Positions 26,821 through 40,345 of a stretch of DNA of 64,000 nt are shown here, piece by piece. The notes beneath the pieces are model-generated. The model did not search any database. It was not told the origin of the DNA and worked only from the letters and a program-made list of their open reading frames with translations. Location of the stretch: assembly GCF_018977255.1 (NCBI RefSeq), contig NW_024704743.1:28398001-28462000 (forward strand). Direction: 5' to 3'. The position numbers were made by a program, and so were the translations under genes. Each line of letters opens with the position of its first letter. Position 1 is the stretch's first letter. The stretch is from Callorhinchus milii. Taxonomy: Eukaryota.

Positions 26821-28958
26821 CAGCCGATATTATCTATAAAATATTAGCTGAGATATTTCATATATTTACTACATTTACACTTAACAAAATTGGTCTCAAA
26901 GCTATATTTCACCTACAAAATTGGTTTAACTGTTGACTGGCACCGGCCTCCTGCTTGTACCTCGCACCTTCCGCTCCACCATTGGAGGTCGCGCATTCAT
27001 CTACTGCACCCCGAAACTCTGGAACACTCTCCCTCAATCCCTCCGCCTTGCCCACACTCTCCCCCTTTTCAAGTCCCACCTGAAAACCTTTTTGCAGTCA
27101 CTGCCCCCACCCACACCCGGCTTGGAGTCACGCTCTGCCACTTTTAAGCCCCCTGAGATGCTGCCCTGCTTGGAAGGTGCTATATAAATGTGAGTTGTTG
27201 TTGTTAACAGAGGAAGGGACCTGTCCAACAAATTCAAGCAAATCTGGAAAACATTCACACGCCAATAATAGTTTCAAAGTCTATGGATACTGACCTGGGC
27301 TTTACAAACCTGGAGGTATTATTGAAGTTTCTTATTCCTCTTGTGCATGAAAGCTATGTCATGAAACTTTACCAATTCAACCCAATGTCCATTTGATTGC
27401 CACCAGAGAGCACTGTTTCACTCTATATTTTCAAACTTGTACAATTGAACCTTGCCTCCACAATATCTTTACAGCTGTACTCTTATTAGATTTCCTTACC
27501 ATTGTAATATGTATCTTTCAATCAATTTAACACCATACAAGTATCTACCACCTCAATAATATAGCTTTATGCCCTTGAAAGATATTAGCTGAAATATTTC
27601 AATGGGATACAATTATTGAAATATCGCAATGAAAGTTCTTTAGTTCCATTAACTGCTTACTAGATTTCTCTAAGGAGCAAATCATTGCTGCATTAATCTC
27701 AGTAATTTAAGAAAACTTGAACAATGCCGTGGTTTTATATAGCACCCTTCACACAGGGTAAGCGGTATCTGAGTGCTTAAGGGATCTCCCATAAGTGATG
27801 GTAGGAATACTTTAACTAATAGATTTACTGATCTGGTCTTTAAATCATAAGAATGTACAAAACTGGGGCCAGTTCAGATGGTCTGCAAATAATAATAGGA
27901 TGGCAGATGAATGAATACAGTGAAAATCCTCTTTCATGGTCTATATTAAAAGATAGGCTGTCTGCTTCAGTGAATGATGTCTCAACAACAACTTGCACTT
28001 ATATAGCGCCCACGGTGCAGGGTAGCGTCTCAGAGCGCAATCCTTACTTTTCTTCACTGTGGTTTACTCACCTCCTTTTTATGATGCCTTCTGGGTAGCG
28101 TAGGTCACACTGTCTGGGACTTGATGCTCTCCTACAGATAGTTTATGGTCCCCAGAGAGGTAACAAGGACACCTTAATCCTGGCACTTGCTTGATGCTCC
28201 TCCTGGCTCACTGCAGGGATAGGTGAGAGACCGGGGCCTGGTGTTGGTGTGGGTAAATACTATATTATTCTCAGACTCGCACAGGTTTTAGGATCCAAAC
28301 CACCTACTTATTATAAAGTATATAATAGTCATTATTCTAAGACTCTGGATAGCACAACGCAAGTGTCATTCTTTCTGCTCCTCCCCATAAAAGTCCCCCT
28401 GAGGCACAACTACAGGAGTATTCATTTGATGTGTGCTATTTGGGGGCATTTCTAGGAAGTTCTGTAAGAGCAATGTTTCAAATGGTTCCAAGTGCTTATG
28501 AAGTACATTATGTTCCTTAATTTATACATTTTGACCCTAATTTTGTAGAGTGCCTGACTGCAAAAGGACTCCATAGCAACACAAAATAAATGATAATGAT
28601 CTTAATAATCCTTGCGTTTAATATAGCCCTCATCATATTGCCGAGATGTCTCAAAGCACTTAATACAGGATTAGGCCTGAGAATTGATTAAGATTATATT
28701 TTCCTTATATATGCCACAATGAATATTTTCTGTACCTTTAAAATTATTTTGAAAGTCACTGTTTCCTACGTATTCTTGCAAAGGTAAAGCAGCTCAATTT
28801 AACAAATAGAACAAAATTTAATTATCAGAGGGAAATAATACCCGAGCTGAAAGGGGAAGGAAACTTGTGTGGTTTCTCTTTAAAATACTTCATCTGCTTT
28901 TCTCCCAAGAAGTTAACCATCTATGTTTTTCTGTTTTAGAGAAATACACGAAATACAC

Positions 28959-29240
28959 ATTTCTCTTTGACCGAGCCTTCAGCTCCCCTCTCGACTCTCT
29001 TCCCCCTCCTCGCTCCCTCCCTTCCCTCCCCTCACCCTGACCATTTCCCCCCTCCTCGCTCCCTCCCTTCCCTCCCCTCACCCTGACCATTTCCCCCCTC
29101 CTCGCTCCCTCCCTTCCCTCCCCTCACACTGACCATTTCCCCCTGCTCGGGTCATGACCCAACTGTGCAGCGCCTTGGGACGTCCTCCTGACGTGAAAGG
29201 CGCTTTATAAATGGAATCTTGTTGTTGTTGTTGTTGTTGT
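28959..29240 (+). mobile_element. Young L2 3' end with three 46-bp repeats
   Basis: Reverse complement of about 668-945, with a (TTG)n tail. Confidence 0.92.
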
Positions 29241-29459
29241 ACCTACAAAATGCAGTCAATCCACTTATATATCCTGTGAAGTGCTGTGAGATTTCTCAAC
29301 AGTCTGATAAGGCATCAAATTAGAAGATGACAATGTTTCTTCTATTCCACATCACAATTGCCCTATTGACTGCTACAGTTTGTGTCATTTGCTAAAATTC
29401 CCATGACTTGTATTGTACGAGTGCTCTTTTTAGGATGTTCCTGTCCTTAATAAGTCATC

Positions 29460-29665
29460 AAATTGTGGAACTTGCTGCCTGAAGTATTTATTGAGTCAGA
29501 GAGTATAGATGCATTCAAGAGGAAGCTAGATATACCCATGAGGGATAAGGGAATAGAAGGTAGTGAGAGGGAGCAAGAAGTGGATGGAAACTCTTGTGGA
29601 GTATAAACACCGTCATGGACTAGTTAGGCCAAATGATCTGTTTCCATGCTGTACATTCCATGTAA
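29460..29665 (+). mobile_element. CR1 3' fragment
   Basis: tggaacttgctgcctgaa...ttcaagaggaagctagata...ggccaaatgatctgtttccatgctgta. Partial paralog at about 50975-51075. Confidence 0.65.
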
Positions 29666-30216
29666 ATTGCATTATTCCAACCCATAGGAATTATGCTCAG
29701 ATGAGATCTACTTGAGACTAGAGTTTCCACTTCAAGGTCATGTACATTTGGTTATTGGGAAAAAATGTTAAGTGTAACTTTTAGTTGGAATTTCTCAATC
29801 CAATTATGATTCACAGCAATTCAGATCCGTTGTCTAGCTGAAAAATTAAATGATATCTTAGTATTCCAGCTACTTAAATGTTTGGAACTTTACTCCATGA
29901 AGAACAATTCCCATCTGATGCAAGCAGTCAGCTTGCCCAGTCACACACACAATATTTCTGGATGATGTAACATTTTGCTGATAAACATGTGATGTAGATC
30001 ATACATTTTAGCTTTTGATGTTTCTCAAAGATTAAGTAAATTTTGCTGTGATATAATTTCCATCCACAATGTGTTTCCCCTTGCTATACAAATGTAATCT
30101 TGTTGTTGTTGTTTTTGTTGTTTTATGTTGCAATCAATTTCCCCATAAATTTTTTCCTGTGTTCTCTGCCAGCAAGGTTAGTTTAGAGTGCTGATGATTT
30201 TGTCTCCTGTTTACAG

Positions 30217-30380
30217 AATGAAACCAAGCCAGTCAAAATGATGCGCCAGAAGGAGAAGTTTAACACAACTTACATTCGTGAAGTTGAGACCAGAATCCTT
30301 GAGCTCCCCTTGTTCAGAAAGAGCTGAGTATGATCATCATGTTGCCAGATCTAAAAGATGATGCAAGTGGACTGGAAAAA
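30217..30380 (+). pseudogene. Clade-B serpin penultimate exon, copy B
   Basis: ttacag|NETKPVKMMRQKEKFNTTYIREVETRILELP-/-VQKELSMIIMLPDLKDDASGLEK|gtaagt. 164 bp, with a 1-nt deletion in the conserved ELPY codons. Confidence 0.9.
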
Positions 30381-31918
30381 GTAAGTTAATTTTTTTTGAT
30401 ATAGTACCAGAAATAGAAAAGAAATACGGTCTTGATCAAAAATGAATAAATTCAAACACCAGTCCTCTTTCCTTTTCCGTTTCAACCTCTTGGAAACCTG
30501 AATCCACACTTTCCCAATTGATCAGCTGTAGCACTGGAATTCAACTGAATTCATGAACCGAAATGTCTTATGCCTAAAATATGTCCAAAATAGGTTTAAT
30601 TTGCACTATTAGTTCTGAATAACAACATGTTGGATTTGCTTAATTGTTATCTCATCTCTCACCCCTGATGTGGTTTCAACAACCTGGAAGCAAGCAAGTG
30701 AGAGGACCTGGGTTCTATTCCCGGCAGGGCGAAACATTGGACAAGTTTCCTAACTCCACACGTGTTTGCCTAGCAGTAAGTAAGAAGTCAGTTGTCGATT
30801 CCTGGATCACTTCTCCGTGGTACTTGGTACATAATACAACTCATCTCATTCTGACTATCCTTTTAAGTTAGCTTAGAATTAATAGATCCCAAATCGAATC
30901 ATCAAACAAGATTGTTCTCGTCCACTGAAGAATGGTTTCAACTAAATATAAAAATATTATTAACAAGGAAGCAGTTTCAGGATTAACCTGAATAACGCAA
31001 ACAATCTTGTCCTTTAAACCTCTGTGGCAGTTAAGGCAGTGAGGTTTTTATTACTGTTGATTTAGCTTAGAGTTCTTGTCTATTCTGTAAAACCTATTGT
31101 TTGGTCGCAACGAATGTTTGGCATTTGTTGATGAAATTTGGCCCACGTCCCAGCTGATTTAGCTCAGTTTCTGCTGCAAAACAATAAAAGCTCTTTCTCA
31201 TCAGAAATGAATACAACCCAAAGGCTTTGCTTTACATTGGAAGTCATTATTAACAAAAGGTTTGAGCAATATCAAATAACTGGGTGAGGACAATGCAACT
31301 GGCTATTATTTTTCGCCCAGAAAATATACAGTCATTCCACTTTATAAGTGTACTGTGTGAAGCGGTCTGAGATGTCTCAATGACATGATAAGGTGCTATT
31401 TATTGTTATTATTAGTATTATTATTATCAAAAGGCTAATCAAGCCAAAGCTGATGTGAATTAATTCACTGAAACTATTTGTTCAATTTTCCTCATCTGTC
31501 CTGTTTTATATTTTTCCTCTTCAAATGTTGACTCATTTGCTTTTATATCATTTTAAATGTTAAATTTGTGGCAGAGCCGTCAATATTTTGATAACTGAAA
31601 GTAAAATGCACCCTTTAACATTCCCCCCGTTATTTAATGACAATCAAATGTGAACCATGAATTATTTATTATTTTAGTTTTAAAAACGCATGTTATTTTT
31701 AGAATATGAACCTGGGAATCCAATATAAACCAGATGATGTTTCTCTTATTTTGCTCTCTGGTCTGCTGTCTAACATTTTCACCAGCATCTAAGGCTGTTC
31801 TATACATAGTTTATTGTTGAGGTGATTGCAGTGAGTGGGAGAGATCCACATCATGTGTGTGTGTTCTTTGCTTCAACATCTAATGATGAGAGACCATTAG
31901 CTTCCTTTCTCAGCTTCA

Positions 31919-32369
31919 ACAACAACAACAACAACAACAAGATTCCATTTATAAAGCGCGTTTCACGTCAGGAGGACATCCCAAGGCGCTGCACAGTTGG
32001 GTCATGACCCGAGCAGGGGGGAAATGGTCAGGGGGAGGGAAGGGAGGGAGCGAGGAGGGGGAAGAGAGTCGAGAGGGGAGCTGAAGGCTCGGTCAAAGAG
32101 AAAGGTTTTGAGACCGGCCTTGAAGGAGGAGAGGGAGGAGGCGGCGAAGGCACTGGGGGATAGAGTTCCAGAGCCTAGGGGCTGAGAGGCTGAAGGCCCG
32201 ACCACCGACGGTAGGGCGATTGGGTCGGGGGACGTGGAGCAGACCGGAGCCGGAGGAACGGAGGGTATGGGCAGGTAGGTACGGGGATAGTAGGTCGGAG
32301 CGGTAGGAGGGAGCAAGGCCGTGAATGGCCTTGTAGGTGAGGATGAGGATCTTGAAATCAAAAAAAAGT
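31919..32369 (-). mobile_element. Young 5'-truncated L2 in the last serpin intron, 7-bp TSD
   Basis: TSD AGCTTCA at 31912-18 and 32370-76. Empty site at 51836-42. Confidence 0.95.
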
Positions 32370-32572
32370 AGCTTCAGGGGAAACAGTGCCATCTTTTTAA
32401 GTCTCTCCACAAAACTACAAACTATATCCTTTCAATCTTGTGAATCTCCTATTGCTTCTTTAAAATGGCGAGCCAAAAACTACATAGAATGCTCGCAACT
32501 ATGAACTAACTTTCATCTGATGATTCAGACAATAATAAGCTGTTTCAACCTCTTCCCTCCCTTTTTTTTCAG

Positions 32573-32973
32573 CTTCAAAATGGCCTGAGTTTTGATATGC
32601 TGTTAGACTGGACCGATCATGACAAGATGGATAATGATGAGATTGTTGTAATGCTCCCTAAATTTAAGATGGAGAACACCTACAAGTTCACCTCAACACT
32701 TGGTGGTATGGGAATGGTTGATGCTTTTGATGCTTTGAAGGCAAATTTCTCGGGAATGACTGAGAAAAATGAACTGGTTTTGTCAAAAGTTGTTCACAAA
32801 ACCTTTGTTGAAGTTAATGAAGATGGTACAGAAACAGCAGCTACCACTGCAGTTATTATCCACGATGTGCAATATTACAAAGAGAATTTGTGGCTGACCA
32901 TCCATTCCTGTTTTTCATCAGGCACAACAAAACTCGCAACATCCTGTTCTTTGGGAGATTCTCCTCTCCGTAA
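32573..32973 (+). pseudogene. Clade-B serpin terminal exon, copy B
   Basis: ttttcag|LQNGLSFDMLLDWT...LPKFKME...[15 protein letters not shown]. Frameshift inside the reactive loop at about 32858, then FVADHPF...FSSP* in the shifted frame. Confidence 0.92.
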
Positions 32974-33291
32974 AACAATGCAAAAAGCCACTAACACAAG
33001 CATTAGTTAATAGCTTCACTCACTCACTTCTTGGGGAAAGTAATCTGATCATTAATATCAGACTGTGGGCTATGTCATCAGGTTTCACTGAAGGAGTGCT
33101 AAACCTTGGTCAGGAATTGTGTAAACCAAAGATTTAAATGTTCTGCTATGCATTCATTTTTTACAGTGTCTTTGTACAATTTTAACCATTGTCTAAAATA
33201 ATACTAACCTGCATTTTATAAGAACCTTGTAAGTCCTATCAGTAATTTAACTTGTTATCTTACATACTGTATAACAGTACATTGAAGTTGA

Positions 33292-33297
33292 AATAAA
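33292..33297 (+). terminator. Candidate polyadenylation signal of serpin copy B
   Basis: AATAAA about 320 nt after the stop, followed by a T/GT-rich tract. Duplicated at about 58449. Confidence 0.45.
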
Positions 33298-33538
33298 ATG
33301 ATTTGCTTTCGACTCCAATTTTGCTCCGTTTGTTTTCTTTCGCAAATGATTTTTTAGGTCAACAGCAAGAAGGGGATTATTTAAGACATCTTGATATTGT
33401 GAATTGAAACACTGCCTACAATAAACATACGGTTAAGTTGCACTTGTTTTCCTAGTGGGAATTCTAACAAATACTTGGATAAAGCAGCAAACAAATTTTT
33501 CTGTCTGTGGAGTGCAAATCCCTCTTTTTTTTAAACTA

Positions 33539-33639
33539 CAATGGAATCCACTTTAGCCAGACTCCGGTTAACCCTGGACGCCAGGTAAATCGGATAAAGT
33601 TCCCTTCCCCTATGTGTCCAGCTAAAGTGGATGTCACTG
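33539..33639. mobile_element. About 100-bp Tc1/mariner-type MITE
   Basis: TIR caatggaatccactttagc / gctaaagtggatgtcactg with TA on both sides. Copy at 58695-58794. Confidence 0.75.
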
Positions 33640-34808
33640 TATGTGCCTGAGCCAAAACCTAACCCAGAAGGGAACATTGCTGAAGGAGTGGATGACATTT
33701 TACATTCCACACCATTCAGCTTGTCATCTCGTGGCAATTTTGTGCTATGGAGCATGTGCCCACTAGGAATTACATTGAAACTGTTCAAATTCTATATGAC
33801 CCTTACAGCCAATGGAGAAGACTCTAATGCTGTGAATTGAGCTGGATTGGAACTTGGGTCAAGCTGACTGCTTCATATTTCTTTTTCTTGTGATTCCCAG
33901 CGAAGAACACAACCCAGAGGTCAATTGGAGGGTTACCACTGAACCCTTGATAAGATCATATACTTCAGTGCAATACAATGACTGTGTCTTTGTCTGTGTA
34001 GCTCAGATCACCCCTATACCACGTACGTACTCATCTGGCTCTGGCCCTTAGAGTTTTGCATGCTGGACAAAATCATTATCATTGAGATTGGCATCAGTAC
34101 ATATAAAAATAACATTGGAGATCAGTGCCTCCTATTGAGACATTAGGTTTAAGAAATCTTTATGCAAATACATAAGAGTATTTATGAGCATTGTGTTTTA
34201 TGAATCAGGCTACAAGTTCAGGATATTATTTATTATTTGTAGTGTGTGAAGAACCTTTGAGTGTATGTGGTTTATTTATTTTCTGTCATATTTGGTAGAG
34301 ATGAGCATTACTGGGGAGAAACCCATCTCACTTCTTTTAAGTTGTGTATCTTGAAGTTTGGTACTAGAGTTGGGTTTCCACACACAGTGATGAGGCAACA
34401 TTCATGTTGAATCATGTGGGCACATCTTCCACATGCAAATTGTCTCTTCTGTAACATTTGTTTTCACAAGCAATCAATAACAATAGAAGGGTTGGCAGTA
34501 ATTCAATGGGTTTTGCAATACACCGATAATTATTCTTTCAAGAACTGTCAAAAACCCAAAACCAAGTGGACAACTGAGTCACAAATGAATAAATTAATGC
34601 AAAATCTTGAAGGTTTATTTAGCATATACAATGCACTTCTTATTATCCAAGTTATTGTGCAATGTTTGACGGTTGTTTACAGGCAGGTTTGAACAAAGTC
34701 AGGTACATTACCCATGAGCTGACTTTGTTTAAAAATTGCCGTTACATCAACAATTAACGAGAAAACTACAGCTGTAATAAACACATTTCTTATTTCTTAA
34801 CCAATTTA

Positions 34809-35113
34809 ATAGTAATAATAATAATAATAATCCTCACATTTGATATAGCGCTTTTCACATCATCTAGTCATCTCAAAGCGCTTCACAGAATATGCTATAA
34901 AGTGAATTGACTGTATATTTATGGTCAAAACGCAGCAGCCAATGGTGCACAGCAGTCTCCCACAAACAGTCGTGGATTGAAGTGACTAATTTCTTTTCTT
35001 CTTTTTTCTTGAGGGATTATTATCAGTCATGTGGAGCAAGGTAACTTGTCCAAGGTTTCGCTGTTCTGGAAATCGAACCCAGATCTCTCGCTTGAGAGGT
35101 GTGTGCCTTATCT
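34809..35113 (-). mobile_element. tRNA-derived SINE (diverged)
   Basis: Reverse-complement SINE tail, body and head. Duplicate at about 59965-60268. Confidence 0.85.
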
Positions 35114-35147
35114 AAATCCCTTATAACACTAAATAATAGTTACACAA

Positions 35148-36324
35148 AAACAACAACAGCAAAAGAACATTTGTATAGCGCCATTTTACTTCAGGAGGAC
35201 AGCCTAAGGTGCTGGACAGACAGAGTTTTGGACCCAAGCTCAAAGACAGGATCGAGGAGTGTGGAGGGCAAGGGTAAGTGGATTGAATGAAATTATGGTC
35301 GAAGAGGAGGGTCTTGAGATGGGTTTTGAAGGAGGCAATGGAGGGAGTGATGCGGAGGGACTGCTGGATGTAATTCTACAGGGTGGGAGCAGAGTAGCAG
35401 AAGGCCCGTCCTCCAATAGTGGGGTGAAGGAGGCAGGGGGTATGAAGCAAGCCGGAGCCCACTGAGCGAAGGGAGCGAGCAGGATGTTAGGCAGTTAGGA
35501 GATAGCAGAGGTAGGGTGAAGCAAGACTATGGAAGGCTTTGAAGGTGAGGACCAGGATCTTAAACTGTATCCTCTGTGTGATGGGAAGTCAGTGGAGTCG
35601 GGCAGAGCCTGCTGTAGGAGAGGACACGTACTGCAAAGTTCTGGATGATCTATAGTCTATTGAAGAAGGAATTGGAGAGGCTGACAAGCAAGAAGTTTGC
35701 ATAGTCAAACCTCGATGTAATGAAAGCATGTATGAGGTTTTCGGCGGCCTGCGGAGTGAGACAGTGGCAGAGCCAGGCGATGTTTCAGAGGTGAGGGAAG
35801 GTAGAATCAGTTATGGCATAGATGTAGGGTAGAAAGGATCGTTGAGGTTCAAACTAGACCCCAAGGTTCTGGACTGGCTTAGAAATGTGGAGTGTGTAAA
35901 TATGGATGGTGATGCTGTCAGCGCCTGAGGTGCCAATCAGGAGAGCCTCAGTCTTGTTGACATTCAACTGAAGAAAGTTAGCTCTCATCTCGGACTTGAT
36001 GTCTGACAGACATTCTGTCAGGACAGCATTAGTCCTGGAGTCAAGGGTGGAGGCATAGAGGTAGAGTTGGGTGTCATCCACATGTGGAAGTTGACCCCAT
36101 GTCTGCGGATGTTGTCACCAAGAGGGAGCATATAGATATTGAAGAGGAGGCCTTCATGGACAGAGCCCTGAGAAACGCCACACGAGACGGTGCAAGTTCT
36201 GAAGGAGAAACCATTTGTGGCGATGAAGTGGAGGCGGTGTGAGAGGTACGATCTGAACCAGTCAAGCACAGAGCCATGAAGGTTGAGATGAGAGGAGAGG
36301 CGGTAGATGAGGATAGAATGGTCT
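35148..36324 (-). mobile_element. 5'-truncated L2 with 5-bp TSD
   Basis: CACAA at 35143-47 and 36325-29. Empty site (inverted) at 55797-55801. LDWFRSYLS and DDTQLY motifs. Confidence 0.92.
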
Positions 36325-36709
36325 CACAACATGGTTCTGAGGGCACTAGCAGCTCATAAACATGAAGTCACTTATAATAACAAGCAGATAACACACCTCT
36401 TTATAGTGTGAGTTGGTATTTATGGATCTGGACAACTGTGTTATAATGGGGCTCCACTATACTGTTAAATGGGAATCCGTCCAAAGGAGATACTGTTTGG
36501 GATATTTAATTACACTAACATAATGAGTTCAACCCAACTAATCCTGTATTCAATAAGTTGAATTCAAGTAAACACCAAATTATTGTAATTTTACAGTTAT
36601 ATTTATGATGGTTCTGTTGACAACTGTGCTAAATATAAATCCACCAGAAATAGTTCAAATAATTCATTTTAAATTGTGGCCATTCCTCAGTATTTCTAAG
36701 TTGAGTCAA

Positions 36710-37400
36710 AACGACAATAATTTGCATTGCGGATTTCACATTGGGAAAATGTCTCAAATCGCTTTACAAAGACTGAACGGAAGCCCGAGCTGGGAGGGAA
36801 ATGGGTGGGGGAGGGAAAGAGAAAGTGGCCCAAAGCACAGTCAAAGGGATGAGTTTTTAGACGGGCTCTGAAGCAGAGAGAGGGGGCAGGTACCCGGGGT
36901 GGGGAGAGGGAAAGAGGAAAGTAACTGAAAGCTGATGATGGTAAGAGGTGGGTGGGAGTGGGGGGGGTGGCATCAAACATGCCAAACTTGATGAAACTAA
37001 GGGAGTGGCTGTGGAAGTAGGGTCACAGGAGATCTCAGAGGTAGGTGAGTAAGACTGTAAGGTGAGGATGAGGACAAGAAGTCATTCCACTGGGGGATAG
37101 GAAGCCAGTGGATCAGACGATGAGGGGGCTAATGGGTCTGCAGAGTCTAATATGGGTGAGGATGTAGGCTGCAGAGTTCTTGATGTTTTGGGGGCACCTT
37201 GGGATGGCTGACGACATGAAAGGCACGATATAAATGCAATTTGATGGTTGTTTTGGAACTTATGTAGGGTGGAACTGGGGAGGCAGGTCATTGGAAAAGT
37301 CAAATCTGATTGGGACAAAGGCTGCATGAGGGTTTCAGCTATGTTGAGGGTGAGATAGTAATGTTGTAAGAGATGGAGGAAAGTGGCTTTGTTCAGTGCC
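36710..37400 (-). mobile_element. Old L2 fragment
   Basis: RARLKTHPFD and a purine-rich L2 antisense pattern. Duplicate at about 61865-62555. Confidence 0.65.
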
Positions 37401-37987
37401 CTGTTTGAAGGAGAGTTGAAAGTACGGGCTCTCTAAGTCGGAGTGAGCAATTGAATGGCATCTGATCCATACAGTTATGTTCTCCTGCCAATTGGCGGCT
37501 ATGTCCTTTTAACTCAGGTGGTTTACATGCAACAATTGCAGAAATAAATTAGGCATAACAGTACTGCTCTGAATCTAAATCCCAGTGAATATATACTAAT
37601 CAAGTACTGGGGTGCATTTCAGGGTTATTTGATCTACATTGAAACAAGATTACCTGTAAGACAGACCTAGAGTAATATGTGCAGTTATAATCATTTAACC
37701 TTAGAATCATGCAAAAGCCGTTGAAATGGGACAGAGGTGAGCAACTATGATGTTTTAGATGTCAAATTTAATTACAAGCAAATATTAAGAAAATTGGATT
37801 TGGAAAAAAGCATCCTATAAAGTGTCCTAATTGAAAAATTTTATGTTCTGAAGCACGTTGAGTCTGGACGTACATGACTGTAGTGAGATCATACAACCCT
37901 TGCAAAGAAAACGTTTAAAGGAATGATGGTGGTATACTGCTCGATGATAGATCTGATTGATCTCCATGTGGAGGGTGAATGAAAGAT

Positions 37988-38298
37988 GAATAATAATAAT
38001 AATAATCCTTGCATTTGATATAGCGCTTTTCATGTCTTCTATATGTCTCAAAGCGCTTTACAGAATATAATGTAAAGTGAATTGACTGTATACTTGTGGG
38101 CGAAACACGGCAGTCAATTGTGGACAGCAGTGTCCCACAAACAGTCGTGGATTGACCAAATTACTATTATTTTTTTTCTTGAGGGATTATTATCAGGCAT
38201 GTGGGGTAAGGAAACTTGCCCAAGGTTTCGCCCTGCCAGGAATCGAACCCAGGTCTTTCGCTTGCGAGGCGAGTGCTCTAACCACTGAGCTACAGGAA
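37988..38298 (-). mobile_element. tRNA-derived SINE
   Basis: Full reverse-complement copy. Duplicate at about 63144-63452. Confidence 0.9.
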
Positions 38299-39894
38299 TG
38301 GAAGTTTGCTGTATTTTTAGTAACTTTGTTACTGATTAACAAAATGCTGTAGAATCTCAGGATATCCAATTTTACTAAATTATTTAGATCCAAAAGTAAT
38401 TTAAAAATGTGTTTTATGTGATGTGCACCTTCACTAATTCATTGACAATCTATTCCTCTTGAGATTGGAAATGAAGATACTGGAATTGCTCAGAATATAC
38501 AGTTCTACAATTACTTCTCCATATACCGTGTGTCCAAAGGCTAATATCGTTCCCCAAAAGAAACGTTATGGATCTGGAATTTTTCTCCCTATTTTTAGTA
38601 AATGAAATCGGAAAACAAAACAGAGCAAGTAGTAATCCAAATGTTCTCTTTTATAAAAACATAACAGTTTTTTTTTCAAGAAGAGTACATACTTTATCAA
38701 CATTCATTTTCTTGAAGGCTGCCCGTAGGACTTTAAAATTATGGATATATTCATGCTCCAGCTTTGCTTGGAATTTGACTTTCTTCAGAACTATGCAGCC
38801 CGGAAAAAGCATATCCATAAACTGACAGTATGAAATTCCTGTTGAGAAAACAATCCAAATTTCAGTGAAACCTGAACCAAATGAACATGCTATTGAAATA
38901 GAATTATAGAGTGTGGGAAGGACTTTTGTGATTTTGATAATACATTTGTTAAAATATGACTGAAGAATAATGGATGCTCAGGAATAATGCCAAGACAGTA
39001 ATATCATTGTAAAGGCCAGGTGGACATTTTTTGATCATAAGAACAAAACTATAGCTGTTTATACCATTACCTTAACAATCACATGATTTTAGGCCTTCAC
39101 ATCACCCTCCAGATAGCCACGATGTGATTCCAATAAAGATTTATACTTTTAAAGTTGTGTATTATTTAACCCGTTGGGAACAACAATGGCCAGTGTGTTC
39201 CATGTAGTTGATATGTGACGGTGTTTATATAGAAAGATTCAAGTTTATTACATGATAATCATTTTTTTAAGGAAATTATAGTCAGTATATAAAACTTGCA
39301 ATTGTTGTTAATTGTAAATAGATTTTAAAACTTGTGTTGCACCAAATATGTCAAAATATTTTGAAAATTATAAATCAGGAAATCAAAATAAATGCATCCC
39401 ATCTTGCCTCTTTCAATCTTTTTTAATCTCCTAGATAATATCCATACCACAGATCACTTGTCTAAACAGATGGGCAAACTGCTCTCAGGATTCTATGGAA
39501 GACTAGTCTTACATAGAAACATATTCGTGTTCTGGCCAGAAAGATGCCATTAGCCAATAGTGTCTGTGCCAATACTATCTTTTTTCTAAAAAAAGCAATC
39601 CCACTTTTCAACTCCCTCCATACACCTTAATGTTTCCTTTATTGTGAGCAGTGTGGGGCAGGTTGTAGCTTATGCAAGATCACAGAACCTTATAAGGATC
39701 TCAGAAAACCCATTTACATTGTGTTTGTCAATTTCCATAAGGCTTTCAAACTTAATGCCTCGTGAAGAAGTTGTAAGCTATGGGCCGACGTGGCTAATAT
39801 CTTTGGTGTAAATTCCAGTTTGAAGATCAATGTAAGGATTGATGGGAAATTCACTACAATATGAGATTAATGTATCAAAAGATTACAATGGAGT

Positions 39895-40345
39895 TTGCGT
39901 CCTTGGATGGTGATGCTGTCGTTGACTGAGGTGTGGATGCTCTGATGATAGAAAATCAGGAAGGCCTCGGTCTTGTTGAATTTCAACTGAAGAAAGTTGA
40001 CTCTCATCCAGGACTTGCGTCCCAAAACTTTAGCAATGAAAGGCAAGTTGGAAATCATCCGGAAGTTAACAAGGTTCAAGGGATAGAGAGTGTTTTTTTT
40101 GAGGAGGAATGATGACAGCAGTTTTGCTGAGGAGTGGAACTGGTTGACTGTGTCAGCCGGCAGGGAGCAGAGTGGGGGGTGTTGAGACAGCAGGTGCTGG
40201 TGTTGATGGTTGAGACAGAGGAAAAGGAGACAGGGACAAAGGAGAGTAGGGTGGGGGCAGTGATAGGAGTTGTGGCAGAAGGATTAGATGGTGTGGAAAG
40301 CAAGGGAAGGGTGCTAGGAAACATGGGTGTGGGGAGGAGGAAGAA
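39895..40345 (-). mobile_element. L2 fragment with internal deletion
   Basis: NFRMISNLPFIAKVL fused directly to SWMRVNFLQL. Confidence 0.75.
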
